Assembly: GCA_017432665.1 (NCBI GenBank)
Contig: JAFRIS010000027.1
Span: forward strand, 1-50,415
Reading direction: 5' to 3'
Source of the DNA: Bacilli bacterium
Lineage (GTDB): Bacteria; Bacillota_I; Bacilli_A; RF39; UBA660
DNA: 50,415 bases
Shown: in pieces, positions 39,334 through 49,894 of the stretch
Layout: each line of letters opens with the position of its first letter
Position numbering within the stretch: the first letter of the stretch is position 1
Position numbers and translations under genes: made by a program
Notes under the pieces: generated by a model
What the model was told of the DNA's origin: nothing
The model's input: only the letters and a program-made list of their open reading frames with translations
The model's database searches: none

Positions 39334-40605
39334 TAATTTATGATACAAACTAAAAGCTATATTATAAGCATGATACCAAAACTTAGAAATAATTAGGTCA
39401 TATTCACCTATTAATTCGACTACATGGCCTCCAAAACTCTTTTTAAATAGATATAGACCAAACAATGGATTCTCTTTTCTAAAGTCACCTGTAATACCAT
39501 AGAAGTTATATCTCTTATAACCATGATCAATCGCATATTTAATACCGGCATAATGAACAGTATAAGCAGATTGAAATTGCATAAGATTATCATCAGTACC
39601 ACCAAATAATGATAATACTTCGTTACCATATACTAGGAATAAAATAGTTCCTAGATTTTTTTTGTCTCCATATTCTTTTTGATAATCTTTAATTTTATCA
39701 ATTTGTTTCTTTAAACGTTCAATAGACTCCCTATCTTGCTTATTAGTAGACTCATACTTCTTTTCGTTCATTTGAAGTAATTTATTGTCATGCTTATAAA
39801 TTCTATCTTTTAAAGCATCTTCTACAGTTTTAAGTTCTTCTCTAGTATTCTTTTCATATTCTTTAAAGTCTATATCTGCAAGTAGTATTTTTAAAATACC
39901 ACTCTCATATAAATTATCCCACATGGCTTCATAATATGATAAAGGTCTATCTACAAAGTCTCTTCTATCTCCAGTATGTTCCATTATTTCTTTAAATATT
40001 GGTAATTCATCTCTAGTTATTTCTCTAGTTTTAATACAAGATTTTTCATTCTTTCTAAGTATTTGTCTAGTCTTAGATTCCATATCTTTTTGAACTTCTT
40101 CTTCACTTCTACCATTTATCTCAATTACATGCATCCATCTAGGTTGAAGGGTATCTTGCATTAAGTTAAATCCAAAGAATTTATAACCTAAAGCTTTTAA
40201 GTTTTCTACAGCTTGCTTGTTATTATAACCATCTTCTACTACATTACCATCATTATCATGTTCTTGATATTCTACATAAGGATCTATTTTAATAAAGATA
40301 GCTCCTTCTTTTTTAGCAAATTCTTTTATTTCTTTAGTAAATTCTCCTAATAATTTTTTATCATTATAATCAATTAGAAATCCTCTAGGAGAATAGAACA
40401 TTTTTTTCTTGATAATAGGTAATGCCTTAGAAAGTATTAGTGCCCCAGCAACAATCTTTTTCTCATCTTTTAGGCCTAGATAGTAAGCATCCCAGCCATT
40501 AGTTTTTTTAAGATTAGCCCATTCTTCAGTTTGATGAAAAGTAATTTGAGGATGTTTATCAGCAAATTTCTTAAACTCTTTTTTAGTTAGACTTACTAAT
40601 TTCAT
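39325..40605 (-). CDS. FemABX/MurMN peptidoglycan bridge aminoacyltransferase
   Basis: YSPRGF, IKIDP, QPRW, YNFYGI, FKKSFGG; coiled-coil insertion. Confidence 0.92.
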   Translation of the reverse strand: MKLVSLTKKEFKKFADKHPQITFHQTEEWANLKKTNGWDAYYLGLKDEKKIVAGALILSKALPIIKKKMFYSPRGFLIDYNDKKLLGEFTKEIKEFAKKEGAIFIKIDPYVEYQEHDNDGNVVEDGYNNKQAVENLKALGYKFFGFNLMQDTLQPRWMHVIEINGRSEEEVQKDMESKTRQILRKNEKSCIKTREITRDELPIFKEIMEHTGDRRDFVDRPLSYYEAMWDNLYESGILKILLADIDFKEYEKNTREELKTVEDALKDRIYKHDNKLLQMNEKKYESTNKQDRESIERLKKQIDKIKDYQKEYGDKKNLGTILFLVYGNEVLSLFGGTDDNLMQFQSAYTVHYAGIKYAIDHGYKRYNFYGITGDFRKENPLFGLYLFKKSFGGHVVELIGEYDLIISKFWYHAYNIAFSLYHKLKK

Positions 40606-41896
40606 TTTTTAACTCCTTCTTGCTTCTGTTTCTCACTAGTTTTCTATATAACGGAACTAACTTAGTAAAAACAAAATACATTATTGGATTTGTTACTAAA
40701 TCAAATTCTCCAATGAATTCTACATAGTCTCCCCCAAATTTCTTTTTAAACTCATGTAATCCAAGTCTTGGATTATTTTCACTTAAATCACCTATAGTAC
40801 CAAACTGATCATATATTTTAAGACCTTTTTCTTTACAATATTTTAAATGTTCATAATAGGTATTATAGTTAACATAAGTTTCACTAAGAATATTATGATT
40901 ACCAGCATATAATACCCAAGCTTTATCACCATATTCAATAATCATATGAGCACTTAAAGTAATCTCATCACCATGTTCTTTTTTACAATCCTTATATTTA
41001 GATATTTCTTTAGTGACATTTTCTTTTTGCCTAGTTAATTCAGCTAACTTAGCTTTAGCACTTTTACTAAGGTTATCAATCGGTAAAATAGATATTTGAT
41101 CATTAATAATTTTTAAATTCTTTTCTAAAGCTTTAATTGTTTTATCAAAATTAATTTTCCCTAAAAACAGTGTTGCATGAGCATTCTTATTACCATTAAA
41201 AACTTCATATAAAGTTTCATAGTAATCTTCTGTATAAGAAATAAAATCTTTTCTATTTTCAGTTAAAGTCATTAAATGATAAAACTCCTTAACATCATCT
41301 TTATCACCGATAACTACTTCAGTATCAATCTTTTTAGCTTTAGCTATTCTTTGTTTAGTAGTCTTAGAAAAATGATTTTCTATATCTTCTAAGCTTTGTT
41401 CTAAATCAACTCTAAAAGTGTATCTAGGTTGCATAGTTTCAAAGTTCTTAGTAAATCCTAAATGCTTAAAACCACATTCTTTTAAAGTGTTAAATACTTC
41501 ATCAAAATTAGGATTATCTTTTTCTTCATTTTGATAATTAAATGAAGTCTTAATAATATCAGGATCTATCTTAATAAAAATAGCTCTTTTTTCTTTTACA
41601 AAATCTTTTACTTTCTTAGTCATAGTACGGACTATTTCTTTTTTGTTGTAGTCTAAGACAAATCCTCTAGGAGCATAGAAATAACATAAATTTAATGGTA
41701 ATTTCTTTTCTAATAGTAGAGTAGCTCCTACTATTTCATCTTTATCATTAACTAATCCTAAATAATAAGGAGTTAGATTTTTTTTAGCTTTCGCAAATTC
41801 TCCCCAGGCAAGTGATTGTAGGAAATGTGACTTAGTTTTATGATTCACAACAAAGTTATCAAATTGTTCTTTTTCTAGGTTTTTAAGTTTTAACAT
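40583..41896 (-). CDS. FemABX/MurMN peptidoglycan bridge aminoacyltransferase
   Basis: HFLQS..W, YAPRGF, IKIDP, QPRY, FKKKFGG, IGEFD. Confidence 0.92.
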   Translation of the reverse strand: MLKLKNLEKEQFDNFVVNHKTKSHFLQSLAWGEFAKAKKNLTPYYLGLVNDKDEIVGATLLLEKKLPLNLCYFYAPRGFVLDYNKKEIVRTMTKKVKDFVKEKRAIFIKIDPDIIKTSFNYQNEEKDNPNFDEVFNTLKECGFKHLGFTKNFETMQPRYTFRVDLEQSLEDIENHFSKTTKQRIAKAKKIDTEVVIGDKDDVKEFYHLMTLTENRKDFISYTEDYYETLYEVFNGNKNAHATLFLGKINFDKTIKALEKNLKIINDQISILPIDNLSKSAKAKLAELTRQKENVTKEISKYKDCKKEHGDEITLSAHMIIEYGDKAWVLYAGNHNILSETYVNYNTYYEHLKYCKEKGLKIYDQFGTIGDLSENNPRLGLHEFKKKFGGDYVEFIGEFDLVTNPIMYFVFTKLVPLYRKLVRNRSKKELKNEISKSN

Positions 41897-42000
41897 CTAT
41901 ATACCTCACTTTCCTAGAATTAGTATATCATAAATTTATAAATATTTATCTTTTTTATTAAAATATAACGATTTATGGTAAAATAAAAGCAGGTGGATTT

Positions 42001-42645
42001 ATGAGACTTAGAAATGTTAAAAATAAAGAAATAATTATGAATAATTCTAGTTACTTAATAAAGGATTGTTATGACTTAAAAGGTAAATGGAATAAGTTCT
42101 TTAAAAATAATAATCCTATCTATATAGAAATAGGTATGGGAAAAGGTAAGTTTATTATTGAAAACGCTCTAAAATATCCGAATATTAACTTTATTGGAAT
42201 AGAAAAATATGATAGTGTAGTAGCTAAGGCATTGAAGAAAATACCTGATGGTTTAGATAACTTAGCAATGCTTAGATTAAATGCTTTAGAAATAGACCAA
42301 GTATTTAGTCATGAAATAGATCATATATTTTTAAATTTTTCTGATCCTTGGCCTAAAACTAGGCATCATTTGAGAAGATTATCTAGTAAAGTTTTTCTAG
42401 AAAAATATGATAATATTTTTAAAGATAAAAAAATAATAGAAATGCGTACTGATAATCGTAATTTATTTGAATACTCATTAGTAAGCTTTAGTGAATATGG
42501 CTATATACTAAATAATGTCAGTTTAGATTATCATAAAGACAATAGTCCAGATATAACTACTGAATATGAAGATAAATTTACTAAAGAAGGATTGCCAATT
42601 TACTATGTATTATGCACTAGTAATCTTGTTAAAAACCGTAAATAG
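42001..42645 (+). CDS. trmB: tRNA (guanine-N7)-methyltransferase
   Basis: MRLR, EIGMGKG, LNFSDPWPK.RH, TEYE. Confidence 0.96.
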   Translation: MRLRNVKNKEIIMNNSSYLIKDCYDLKGKWNKFFKNNNPIYIEIGMGKGKFIIENALKYPNINFIGIEKYDSVVAKALKKIPDGLDNLAMLRLNALEIDQVFSHEIDHIFLNFSDPWPKTRHHLRRLSSKVFLEKYDNIFKDKKIIEMRTDNRNLFEYSLVSFSEYGYILNNVSLDYHKDNSPDITTEYEDKFTKEGLPIYYVLCTSNLVKNRK

Positions 42646-42705
42646 ATATAAAATATTTTTACATTTACAAAAAAAATGATATAATAAAATAAGAGTAGGT
42701 GAAAT

Positions 42706-43365
42706 ATGAAAAAAATTATTGTTTTACTCTCTACCACTTTACTTTTAATGACTGGTTGTGGGATTGTCAAATTAAGTGATAATGATATTGAAAAAAATAT
42801 TAAGACACTTATGTCTGAAAAAGTAAATTTACATAATGTTCATTATGACGGTTATAAATATTATTTACCTAAAGGAATAAGCTTTGTAAAAAAAGATGAT
42901 TTTAATGCCGTTTTAAAAGATAGTTATGATAATAAGTATTATTTATATGTTGACGTAATAGGTTACTATCATAAAGTAAAGAATACTTACGAAGAAGATT
43001 ATGATTTATATTTGTCTAAGAAAATAAAATATAATAAAAAAGATGGTTATATTCAAATAGAAGAAATTAATTCTAAATACTTTATACAATATGTATATAA
43101 CTATGTAAAAATAGAAGCATATGTTTCAAAAGATGATTTAAATGATGTTATTATCAATTTAAGTTGTATCTTAAGATCTGTTGACTATAATGATAAAGTA
43201 TTAGAAAGTTTAGTTGGAGACAATGTTTTAGACTATAAAGAAGTAGAATATAACTTATTTAAAGCAGATTCTTCTAAAGAATCATTCTTAGATGTTGTTG
43301 AAAGAGAAGAGACAGAGAAGTATAAGAAAGATATAGAAGATGAAAAAATAGAATTAGAAGACTAG
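42706..43365 (+). CDS. Lipoprotein of unknown function
   Basis: MKK, hydrophobic stretch and MTGC lipobox. Confidence 0.8.
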   Translation: MKKIIVLLSTTLLLMTGCGIVKLSDNDIEKNIKTLMSEKVNLHNVHYDGYKYYLPKGISFVKKDDFNAVLKDSYDNKYYLYVDVIGYYHKVKNTYEEDYDLYLSKKIKYNKKDGYIQIEEINSKYFIQYVYNYVKIEAYVSKDDLNDVIINLSCILRSVDYNDKVLESLVGDNVLDYKEVEYNLFKADSSKESFLDVVEREETEKYKKDIEDEKIELED

Positions 43366-43380
43366 ATAAGAGGTGAACTC

Positions 43381-44415
43381 ATGGGTGTATTAGATAAAAT
43401 TAAAAATGCTCTTTTTGAGGTAGAATATGTCGAAGTAGAAGAACCACCTAAGAAAGAAAAGAAAGTAAAAGCAAAAGAATCAAAAGAAGATAAGCCAATT
43501 GCTAAAAAGATAGTTTTACCTGGTAAGAAAGAGGACAAAGTTGAAGAAATAGAAGAGGAAGAATTATTAGATGAAGACTTTGAAATTAGACCAAAAGATG
43601 AAGTTGTAGTAAAAGAAAGCTTTAAATTAATGGATGATGATGATTTCAAAGTAGAAGATGATTATCCAGCTATTGATGAACCGGAAATAATTGAAGAAGA
43701 GCCAAAAGAAGAAGTTAAGCCAATTTATGAGGCATATCAAGAACCACAAGTTGAAAGTAAACCTGTGTATCAACAAGAAAAACTATATCCTGAGAATCGT
43801 GAAAACAAGCTTTATGGTATTGATAATTCATATAGTGTTCAAGCTCATCAATATGGTACTTATGAGAGATATGAAGAAAGGACTTATTTTAAACCAAGTC
43901 CAATCATTTCACCAATCTATGGTATCTTAGATAAGAATTATAAAAAAGAAGATGTTAAAGAAAAACAAGATCCTAAAGTAAGTTCATATACTAGAGGTAG
44001 AGTAAGTGTAGATGATATAAGAGATAAAGCTTATGGAAAACAAGAAGCACCAGAAGAAGAAACTAAATTTGAAACAGAAATTGAAGAAGATAAATTAATG
44101 GTGGATTTAAGTGATAAGGCAAAACCAGAAGTAAAAGAAATAACTGTAGGAGATGCTTTAGAATACTTCCAAGATTTAGGTTTAGAATACAATGTTGATT
44201 ATGTAGATGCTAGTGCTGAAAATAAGCCTAAAGAAGAACCTAAAAAAGAAGAAAAAGTAGAAAAGAAAGAAGAAGTAATTGAAAAACAACCTGAGGAACC
44301 TCAAAAAAATGAAGAAGTAGAAGAAATTAAAGAGGAAACAGCATTAGAAGAAACTTCGGGGGAAGATGATAATCTATTTGATTTAATTGATTCTATGTAT
44401 AAAGAAAATAGTTAG
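43381..44415 (+). CDS. Very acidic low-complexity protein with FKPSPIISPIYG motif
   Basis: 344-aa E/K-rich ORF with aaggtga RBS. Confidence 0.75.
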   Translation: MGVLDKIKNALFEVEYVEVEEPPKKEKKVKAKESKEDKPIAKKIVLPGKKEDKVEEIEEEELLDEDFEIRPKDEVVVKESFKLMDDDDFKVEDDYPAIDEPEIIEEEPKEEVKPIYEAYQEPQVESKPVYQQEKLYPENRENKLYGIDNSYSVQAHQYGTYERYEERTYFKPSPIISPIYGILDKNYKKEDVKEKQDPKVSSYTRGRVSVDDIRDKAYGKQEAPEEETKFETEIEEDKLMVDLSDKAKPEVKEITVGDALEYFQDLGLEYNVDYVDASAENKPKEEPKKEEKVEKKEEVIEKQPEEPQKNEEVEEIKEETALEETSGEDDNLFDLIDSMYKENS

Positions 44416-44429
44416 AAAGGGGAACTAAG

Positions 44430-44723
44430 ATGGAAACATTAAATGCAGTATTGCCAATTCTACTATATATAGCTGCTATAGTACTATTAATAGTATTAAT
44501 AATTATAGGTATTAGAGTACTAGGTTTGTTAGATAGAGTAGATAAAGTAATTGAAGATGTAGAAGGAAAAGTTGAATCTGTTAATAATGCAATTACAACA
44601 ATGAATAAAGCAGTATCTGGAATTGCTAATATTAGTGATTCAGTAATTTTTGGAATCACTTCAGTTGCTTCTAAAGTATTTAATAAAAAACGAAAAGAAG
44701 AGGAGGATAAAGTATATGAGTAA
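44430..44723 (+). CDS. DUF948/YtxG-like protein
   Basis: TM helix plus coiled coil, directly upstream of a YtxH-like gene. Confidence 0.75.
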   Translation: METLNAVLPILLYIAAIVLLIVLIIIGIRVLGLLDRVDKVIEDVEGKVESVNNAITTMNKAVSGIANISDSVIFGITSVASKVFNKKRKEEEDKVYE

Positions 44724-45114
44724 GAAAGGATTAGGAAAGTTCGCAATTGGAGCTGCTATTGGCGCAGGAATTGGATTATTATTCGCACCTAAAAAAGGTG
44801 AAGAAATGCGCAAAGAAGTAAAAGCTAAGTTGGATGAATTGCTAAAAAAAGTAGATGAAATCGATGCTGATGATGTTAAGAAAGAATTCGATGCTAAAGT
44901 AGAAGCGATTAAAGCTGAATTAAAAGATCTTGATAAAGAAAAAGCTTTAGATATAGCTAAAGAAAAAGGAAAAGAAGTAAAGAAACAAGCAGAAGAATTA
45001 GTTAAATTAGCTAAAGAAAAAGGAACTCCAGTTCTAAAAGAAAGCGCAGAAGATTTTTTAGAAACAGTAATTAAAGCATCTAAAGAAGCATTAAAGAAAT
45101 TAGATACAAAATAA
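44716..45114 (+). CDS. YtxH-domain protein
   Basis: GAAIGAGIGLLFAPKKGEEMR signature; aggagg RBS. Confidence 0.9.
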   Translation: MSKKGLGKFAIGAAIGAGIGLLFAPKKGEEMRKEVKAKLDELLKKVDEIDADDVKKEFDAKVEAIKAELKDLDKEKALDIAKEKGKEVKKQAEELVKLAKEKGTPVLKESAEDFLETVIKASKEALKKLDTK

Positions 45115-45164
45115 AAGTCAATTATTGACTTTTTTTCTTTATATGATAAGATATATATGTATTT

Positions 45165-45363
45165 TCGATGAAGGAATACCAGTAGTAAAATAATATATTG
45201 ATAGAGAGTTAACGTTAGGTGAAAGTTAATAATAGTTATTTTATGAATTACATATTCTAGAGAAAAACGTTTGTCGCGTTAAGACATTAAAGAGCATGTT
45301 AAACATGAATTAAGGTGGTACCGCGAATAATTCGTCCTTATGGATAGATTATTCGTTTTTTTT
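45165..45363 (+). promoter_or_regulatory. T-box riboswitch (Tyr)
   Basis: AGTA, AGAGA, GGTGAAA; specifier TAC; AAGGTGGTACCGCG; terminator with T-run. Confidence 0.92.
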
Positions 45364-45397
45364 AGAGTACTAAATAAGAATTAGAGGAGGAAAGAAA

Positions 45398-46624
45398 ATG
45401 ACAGTATACGAAGACTTAGTATGGAGAGGACTAATTCAAGAAATAAGTAGTCCAGAATTAATTGACAAATTAAATAATGGGAAGATAACTTTTTATATAG
45501 GAACAGATCCAACCGCAGATTCTATGCACATAGGACATTATTCATCATTTTTAATATGTAAAAGGCTTGCTAAAGCAGGTCATAGACCATTGTTATTAGT
45601 AGGAGGAGCTACTGGATTAATAGGTGATCCTAAACCAAGTGCTGAACGTCCATTGATAACAAAAGAAGAAGTAGAAAATAATATTAAAGGTTTAACTAAA
45701 CAGGCAAAGAAAATCTTTGGATTTGAGGTTGTTAATAACTGGGATTGGACTAAAGATGTTAATATTTGTGATTTCTTAAGAGATTATGGTAAGTATTTTA
45801 ATGTTAATTACATGCTTGCTAAAGATCATGTTAAATCACGTATGGATGTAGGTATTACATATGCAGAATTCTCATATATGTTACTACAAGCAATGGACTT
45901 CTATTACTTATTTAAAGAGTATGATTGTGAATTACAAGTAGCTGGTTCTGATCAATGGGGTAATATAACTGCTGGTATAGAATTAATTAGAAAAAAATTA
46001 GATAAAGAAGCTTATGGTATGGTTATGCCACTTGTTACTGATTCACATGGTAATAAATTTGGCAAAACTGAAGGTAATGCTTTATGGTTAGATGAAAATA
46101 AAACTTCATCATATGAATTCTATCAATATTTAATTAATTTAGAAGATTGTATGATTATTGATTATCTAAAATACTTTACATTCCTATCTAAAGAAGAAAT
46201 AGAAGCAATTGAGAAAGAAAATAAAGAGCATCCAGAAAAGAGAATTGCTCATAAAGCATTAGCTCATGAAATAATTACTGATATTCATAGTGAAGAAAGT
46301 TATCAAGAAGCAGTTAAAATATCTGAAGCATTATTCAGTGGAGATATTAAAAGTTTTAATGCTAAAGAAGTTGAAATGGCATTTGGAGGATTAACTCCAT
46401 TTGAAGTAACTGAAGATAAAAACATTGTTGATTTATTAGTAGATGGAGAAGTATGCTCTAGTAAGAGAGAAGCACGCGAATTCATTAATAATGGATCAAT
46501 TACACTAAACGGTGAAAAAATAACTGATCTAGAATTTGTTATGAGCAAAGATAAATGTATTGAGAATAAATACATAGTTATTAGAAGAGGTAAAAAGAAA
46601 TACTTCATCGGCGAATATAAATAA
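45398..46624 (+). CDS. tyrS: Tyrosine--tRNA ligase
   Basis: DPTADSMHIGH, GSDQWGN, KFGKT, C-terminal S4 domain. Confidence 0.97.
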   Translation: MTVYEDLVWRGLIQEISSPELIDKLNNGKITFYIGTDPTADSMHIGHYSSFLICKRLAKAGHRPLLLVGGATGLIGDPKPSAERPLITKEEVENNIKGLTKQAKKIFGFEVVNNWDWTKDVNICDFLRDYGKYFNVNYMLAKDHVKSRMDVGITYAEFSYMLLQAMDFYYLFKEYDCELQVAGSDQWGNITAGIELIRKKLDKEAYGMVMPLVTDSHGNKFGKTEGNALWLDENKTSSYEFYQYLINLEDCMIIDYLKYFTFLSKEEIEAIEKENKEHPEKRIAHKALAHEIITDIHSEESYQEAVKISEALFSGDIKSFNAKEVEMAFGGLTPFEVTEDKNIVDLLVDGEVCSSKREAREFINNGSITLNGEKITDLEFVMSKDKCIENKYIVIRRGKKKYFIGEYK

Positions 46625-46704
46625 AAATAAAGAAAATATTAATAATAATATTTTCTTTTTTGATGTATTTTTGATAGAATTAAATATAGATAGGAGGCTG
46701 TCAT

Positions 46705-47925
46705 ATGAGTAAGAGAAGCAATAAAAGAATGTTACAAAGAGTTAAACTAATTACTATAATATGCGCAATTATCTTATTCATAGAGATATGCTTTGTATTA
46801 TATTCTATCTTCTTTAGAAATAAAGAATCATTATATTTTGATGGTATCAATGCTGTTATAAGTAATGATTCATATTATGTTACTGTTGGTAGTAATAATG
46901 ATAACGATAATCACTATGAAAAAGCTAAGATATCTAAGTATGATAAGAAAAAGAACAAGACTTTTGAAAAATTATATAATACAGGCTACAATAGCGCTTT
47001 CTTTGGAGTTGCTTTTGATAATAATAGTATAGTCGCAGTAGGTAGTTATGAAAAAGAATTAGAAGATCATAAAAACTCCGTTAGAAAAGCTTTAATAGTT
47101 AAATATGATTCAGCAGGTGACATAGAGTTTTCTAGAGATTTTGAATTGTTGGATAATTCTAAATTTACTTCTATTGTTAAAGTAAATGATGGCTACTTAG
47201 TAACTGGTCAAAGTGTTTATATGAATACTAAAGTTGGTAATAAAAAAGGTGGAGCTATTTTAGTTAAATATGATACTGAGGGTAATTTACTATGGAATAA
47301 ATCATATGGTAGTAGTAAGAATGCTATATTTAATGATTTACTAGTAGTAAATAATAATATTTATACTGTTGGTACTGATGATAACTATGTGGGTATTCTT
47401 TGTAAGTATGATTTAGAAGGTAATCTAGTTACTTATAATGATTTTAAATCTACTGATGAAGTAGGTTTTAGTGGAATAATTACTTTAGATGATAAAATCT
47501 ATATCAGTGGTGCTGAAAGAGTAGGAAAAAATAAAACTAATGGTATGATAGTAGAATATGATTATGATTGTACTTATTTAAAACAAGTATCTTATAAACC
47601 TGAGGGATCTGCTCGCTATAATAAATTAATGATTGATAAAGATAATAATATTATTGCAATAGGTATTAAAACAAGTACTAAGAAATCTAATAGTAGAACA
47701 GTAAGTGATATTAATTATGATGGAGTTATAGGTAAATATAATTCTGATTTAAAAGAGGTTGCTGTAACTAGTTATGGCGATGATAGAGACGATTATTTTA
47801 CTGATGTTATCTTAGATATTAAAGATTATTTAATAGTAGGTTATTCTTCTTATGAAGATGGAAGTTATCTAAGTAAATTTATCAGATATAGTAATGCTTT
47901 AAAAGTATTGGAGGTAGATTCATGA
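46705..47925 (+). CDS. Membrane-anchored beta-propeller-like protein
   Basis: N-terminal TM; repeated [IL]VKYD..G...F units. Confidence 0.65.
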   Translation: MSKRSNKRMLQRVKLITIICAIILFIEICFVLYSIFFRNKESLYFDGINAVISNDSYYVTVGSNNDNDNHYEKAKISKYDKKKNKTFEKLYNTGYNSAFFGVAFDNNSIVAVGSYEKELEDHKNSVRKALIVKYDSAGDIEFSRDFELLDNSKFTSIVKVNDGYLVTGQSVYMNTKVGNKKGGAILVKYDTEGNLLWNKSYGSSKNAIFNDLLVVNNNIYTVGTDDNYVGILCKYDLEGNLVTYNDFKSTDEVGFSGIITLDDKIYISGAERVGKNKTNGMIVEYDYDCTYLKQVSYKPEGSARYNKLMIDKDNNIIAIGIKTSTKKSNSRTVSDINYDGVIGKYNSDLKEVAVTSYGDDRDDYFTDVILDIKDYLIVGYSSYEDGSYLSKFIRYSNALKVLEVDS

Positions 47926-48458
47926 AAATAACTTTAGTACGTCATGGATTAACTGATGATAATGAAAAAGGTATTATGCAAGGTAGAAGAAATGTCTTAA
48001 TGAATGATACTGGTAGAAGACAATGCCAAATGTTAAGATTGAGACTAGAAAAAGAACATTTTGACTACTGTTATATGTCACCACTTACTAGGACAGTTGA
48101 AACAGCAATGATTCTAATAGGTGATAAAGTTGAAATGATTCCTGATCAAAGACTTTTAGAAAGAGATATGGGAGAATTAGATGGTAAACCTAGAGAAATG
48201 TATAATGCCTATAAATATTGGGATTATGATTTAAATAAAGATGATCGTGGAGTAGAACCAGTACAAAGTGTTATTAAAAGATGTGAAGAATTTCTTAATT
48301 ACTTAAAAGAAAAGTATACTGATGAATCAATATTAATAGTTACTCATCAAGCCCCATATAGAGCACTAAGATTATTAATTAAAGGTAAAGAACTAAAAGG
48401 CAATCTAATAGATAGTATGATTAATAATTGTTCTTATGAAACATTTGAAATAAAATAG
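47922..48458 (+). CDS. Histidine phosphatase family protein
   Basis: LVRHG, SPLTRT.ETA, RLLE, LIVTH. Confidence 0.9.
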   Translation: MKITLVRHGLTDDNEKGIMQGRRNVLMNDTGRRQCQMLRLRLEKEHFDYCYMSPLTRTVETAMILIGDKVEMIPDQRLLERDMGELDGKPREMYNAYKYWDYDLNKDDRGVEPVQSVIKRCEEFLNYLKEKYTDESILIVTHQAPYRALRLLIKGKELKGNLIDSMINNCSYETFEIK

Positions 48459-48527
48459 AGGAGTAATCTTCTTTTTTATTGAACAAAAAGCAAATTCACT
48501 GTATACTTGTATTATAGGAGAATAGAT

Positions 48528-49826
48528 ATGGTAATAGATAAAGATAACATAAAAATTCTTTTAATTATTTTAATACTAGGACTAGGTCTAGGATATGCTT
48601 ATATTAATAGTGACTTAAATATTAATGGAACAGCTCAAGTAAATAGTGCTAACTGGGATGTACATTGGGCTAATATTCAAGTTACTAATGGATCTGTATC
48701 AGGAACAAATGTAGTTACAGCACCAACTATATCAAATAGTACTACAGTAAATTACTCAATCATATTAAATACACCAGGAGATTATTATGAGTTCACAGTA
48801 GATGCAGTAAATGGTGGAAGTATAGATGCCATGATAGATTCAATAGATTCTAAGTTGAATGGAGCGACTATTACTGTACTGCCAGATTATTTAAACTATA
48901 CAGTAACATATTCTGATGGAGTAGAGTTAGCACCAAATCATCAATTGCTACATAATACAACAGAGACATATAAAGTAAGAATAGAGTACAGAACAGATAT
49001 AAATGCTAATCAATTACCAGCAACTAATCAAACATTAAGTCTACAATTTACAGTAACATATAGGCAAGCTACTGATGCTGCAGTTGCAGTTGATCATTCA
49101 TTTAATGGACACTCATGGGAAACAATAATAAATAATGTTCATTCAGGAAATACAAATAATTATAATATAGGAGATACAAAGACAGTAGATATGGGGAGTT
49201 TAGGAACACATACCTTAAGAATAGCAAACAAATCAACACCAAGCGAATGTAGTACAACAGGATTCTCACAAACAGCATGTGGTTTTGTATTAGAATTTGC
49301 CGATATAATTACAACTCATATAATGAATCCATATGCCCAAAGTGGAAATGTAGATGGTGATGGAAATAGAGGCGGCTGGCCAGCAAGTGAAATGAGGACC
49401 TATGTAAATAGTAATATATATAATGCTCTTCCGGAGCAACTAAGAAATGGAATAATAAATACAACAGTAGTGTCAGGGTACGGAAGCAATGATTCAGCAA
49501 ACTTCACCTCAACAGATAAACTATATTTATTATCGACACATGAAGTATGGGAAGATGTAGATGGAAATACAAGTGTTGGGATAGATTATTATGATACAGC
49601 ATATAATAATACAAGACAATTGGATTATTATAGTTCACAAAGCGTAACAACATCAAATTACTCAGGAGCAATTAAGAAAAGAAATGGTTCAAATTCTTTG
49701 TGGTGGCTGCGTTCGGCTAATTCTAACAATTACTTCATTTTCTTCGGTTTGGACAGCGACGGTAACCGAGTCAACCGCACTTCTGCTAATCCTAATGGGG
49801 TTTCACCAGCTTTCCGAATTGGATAA
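48528..49826 (+). CDS. DUF6273-like surface protein; candidate DGR target
   Basis: GLGYA N-terminus, GGWPASEMR, DKLYLLS..E, WWLRSA...GVSPAFRIG C-terminus. Confidence 0.8.
   Translation: MVIDKDNIKILLIILILGLGLGYAYINSDLNINGTAQVNSANWDVHWANIQVTNGSVSGTNVVTAPTISNSTTVNYSIILNTPGDYYEFTVDAVNGGSIDAMIDSIDSKLNGATITVLPDYLNYTVTYSDGVELAPNHQLLHNTTETYKVRIEYRTDINANQLPATNQTLSLQFTVTYRQATDAAVAVDHSFNGHSWETIINNVHSGNTNNYNIGDTKTVDMGSLGTHTLRIANKSTPSECSTTGFSQTACGFVLEFADIITTHIMNPYAQSGNVDGDGNRGGWPASEMRTYVNSNIYNALPEQLRNGIINTTVVSGYGSNDSANFTSTDKLYLLSTHEVWEDVDGNTSVGIDYYDTAYNNTRQLDYYSSQSVTTSNYSGAIKKRNGSNSLWWLRSANSNNYFIFFGLDSDGNRVNRTSANPNGVSPAFRIG
49701..49826 (+). other. Putative DGR variable region (VR)
   Basis: Codon shift: 13 of 41 codons end in C, in a gene otherwise rich in A-ending codons; lies between conserved WWLRSA and GVSPAF. 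Confidence 0.65.
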
Positions 49827-49894
49827 AAATGCAAAGTGCTGTAAAGTATAGGACTAAAGAATATAAAGAAAGAAGTAGGAATAATTCCGACTGA

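Noticed and set aside
29643-45343. 34-nt near-identical repeat at 29643-29676 and 45310-45343
   Set aside because: Explained by the conserved T-box antiterminator of two riboswitches; not a mobile repeat
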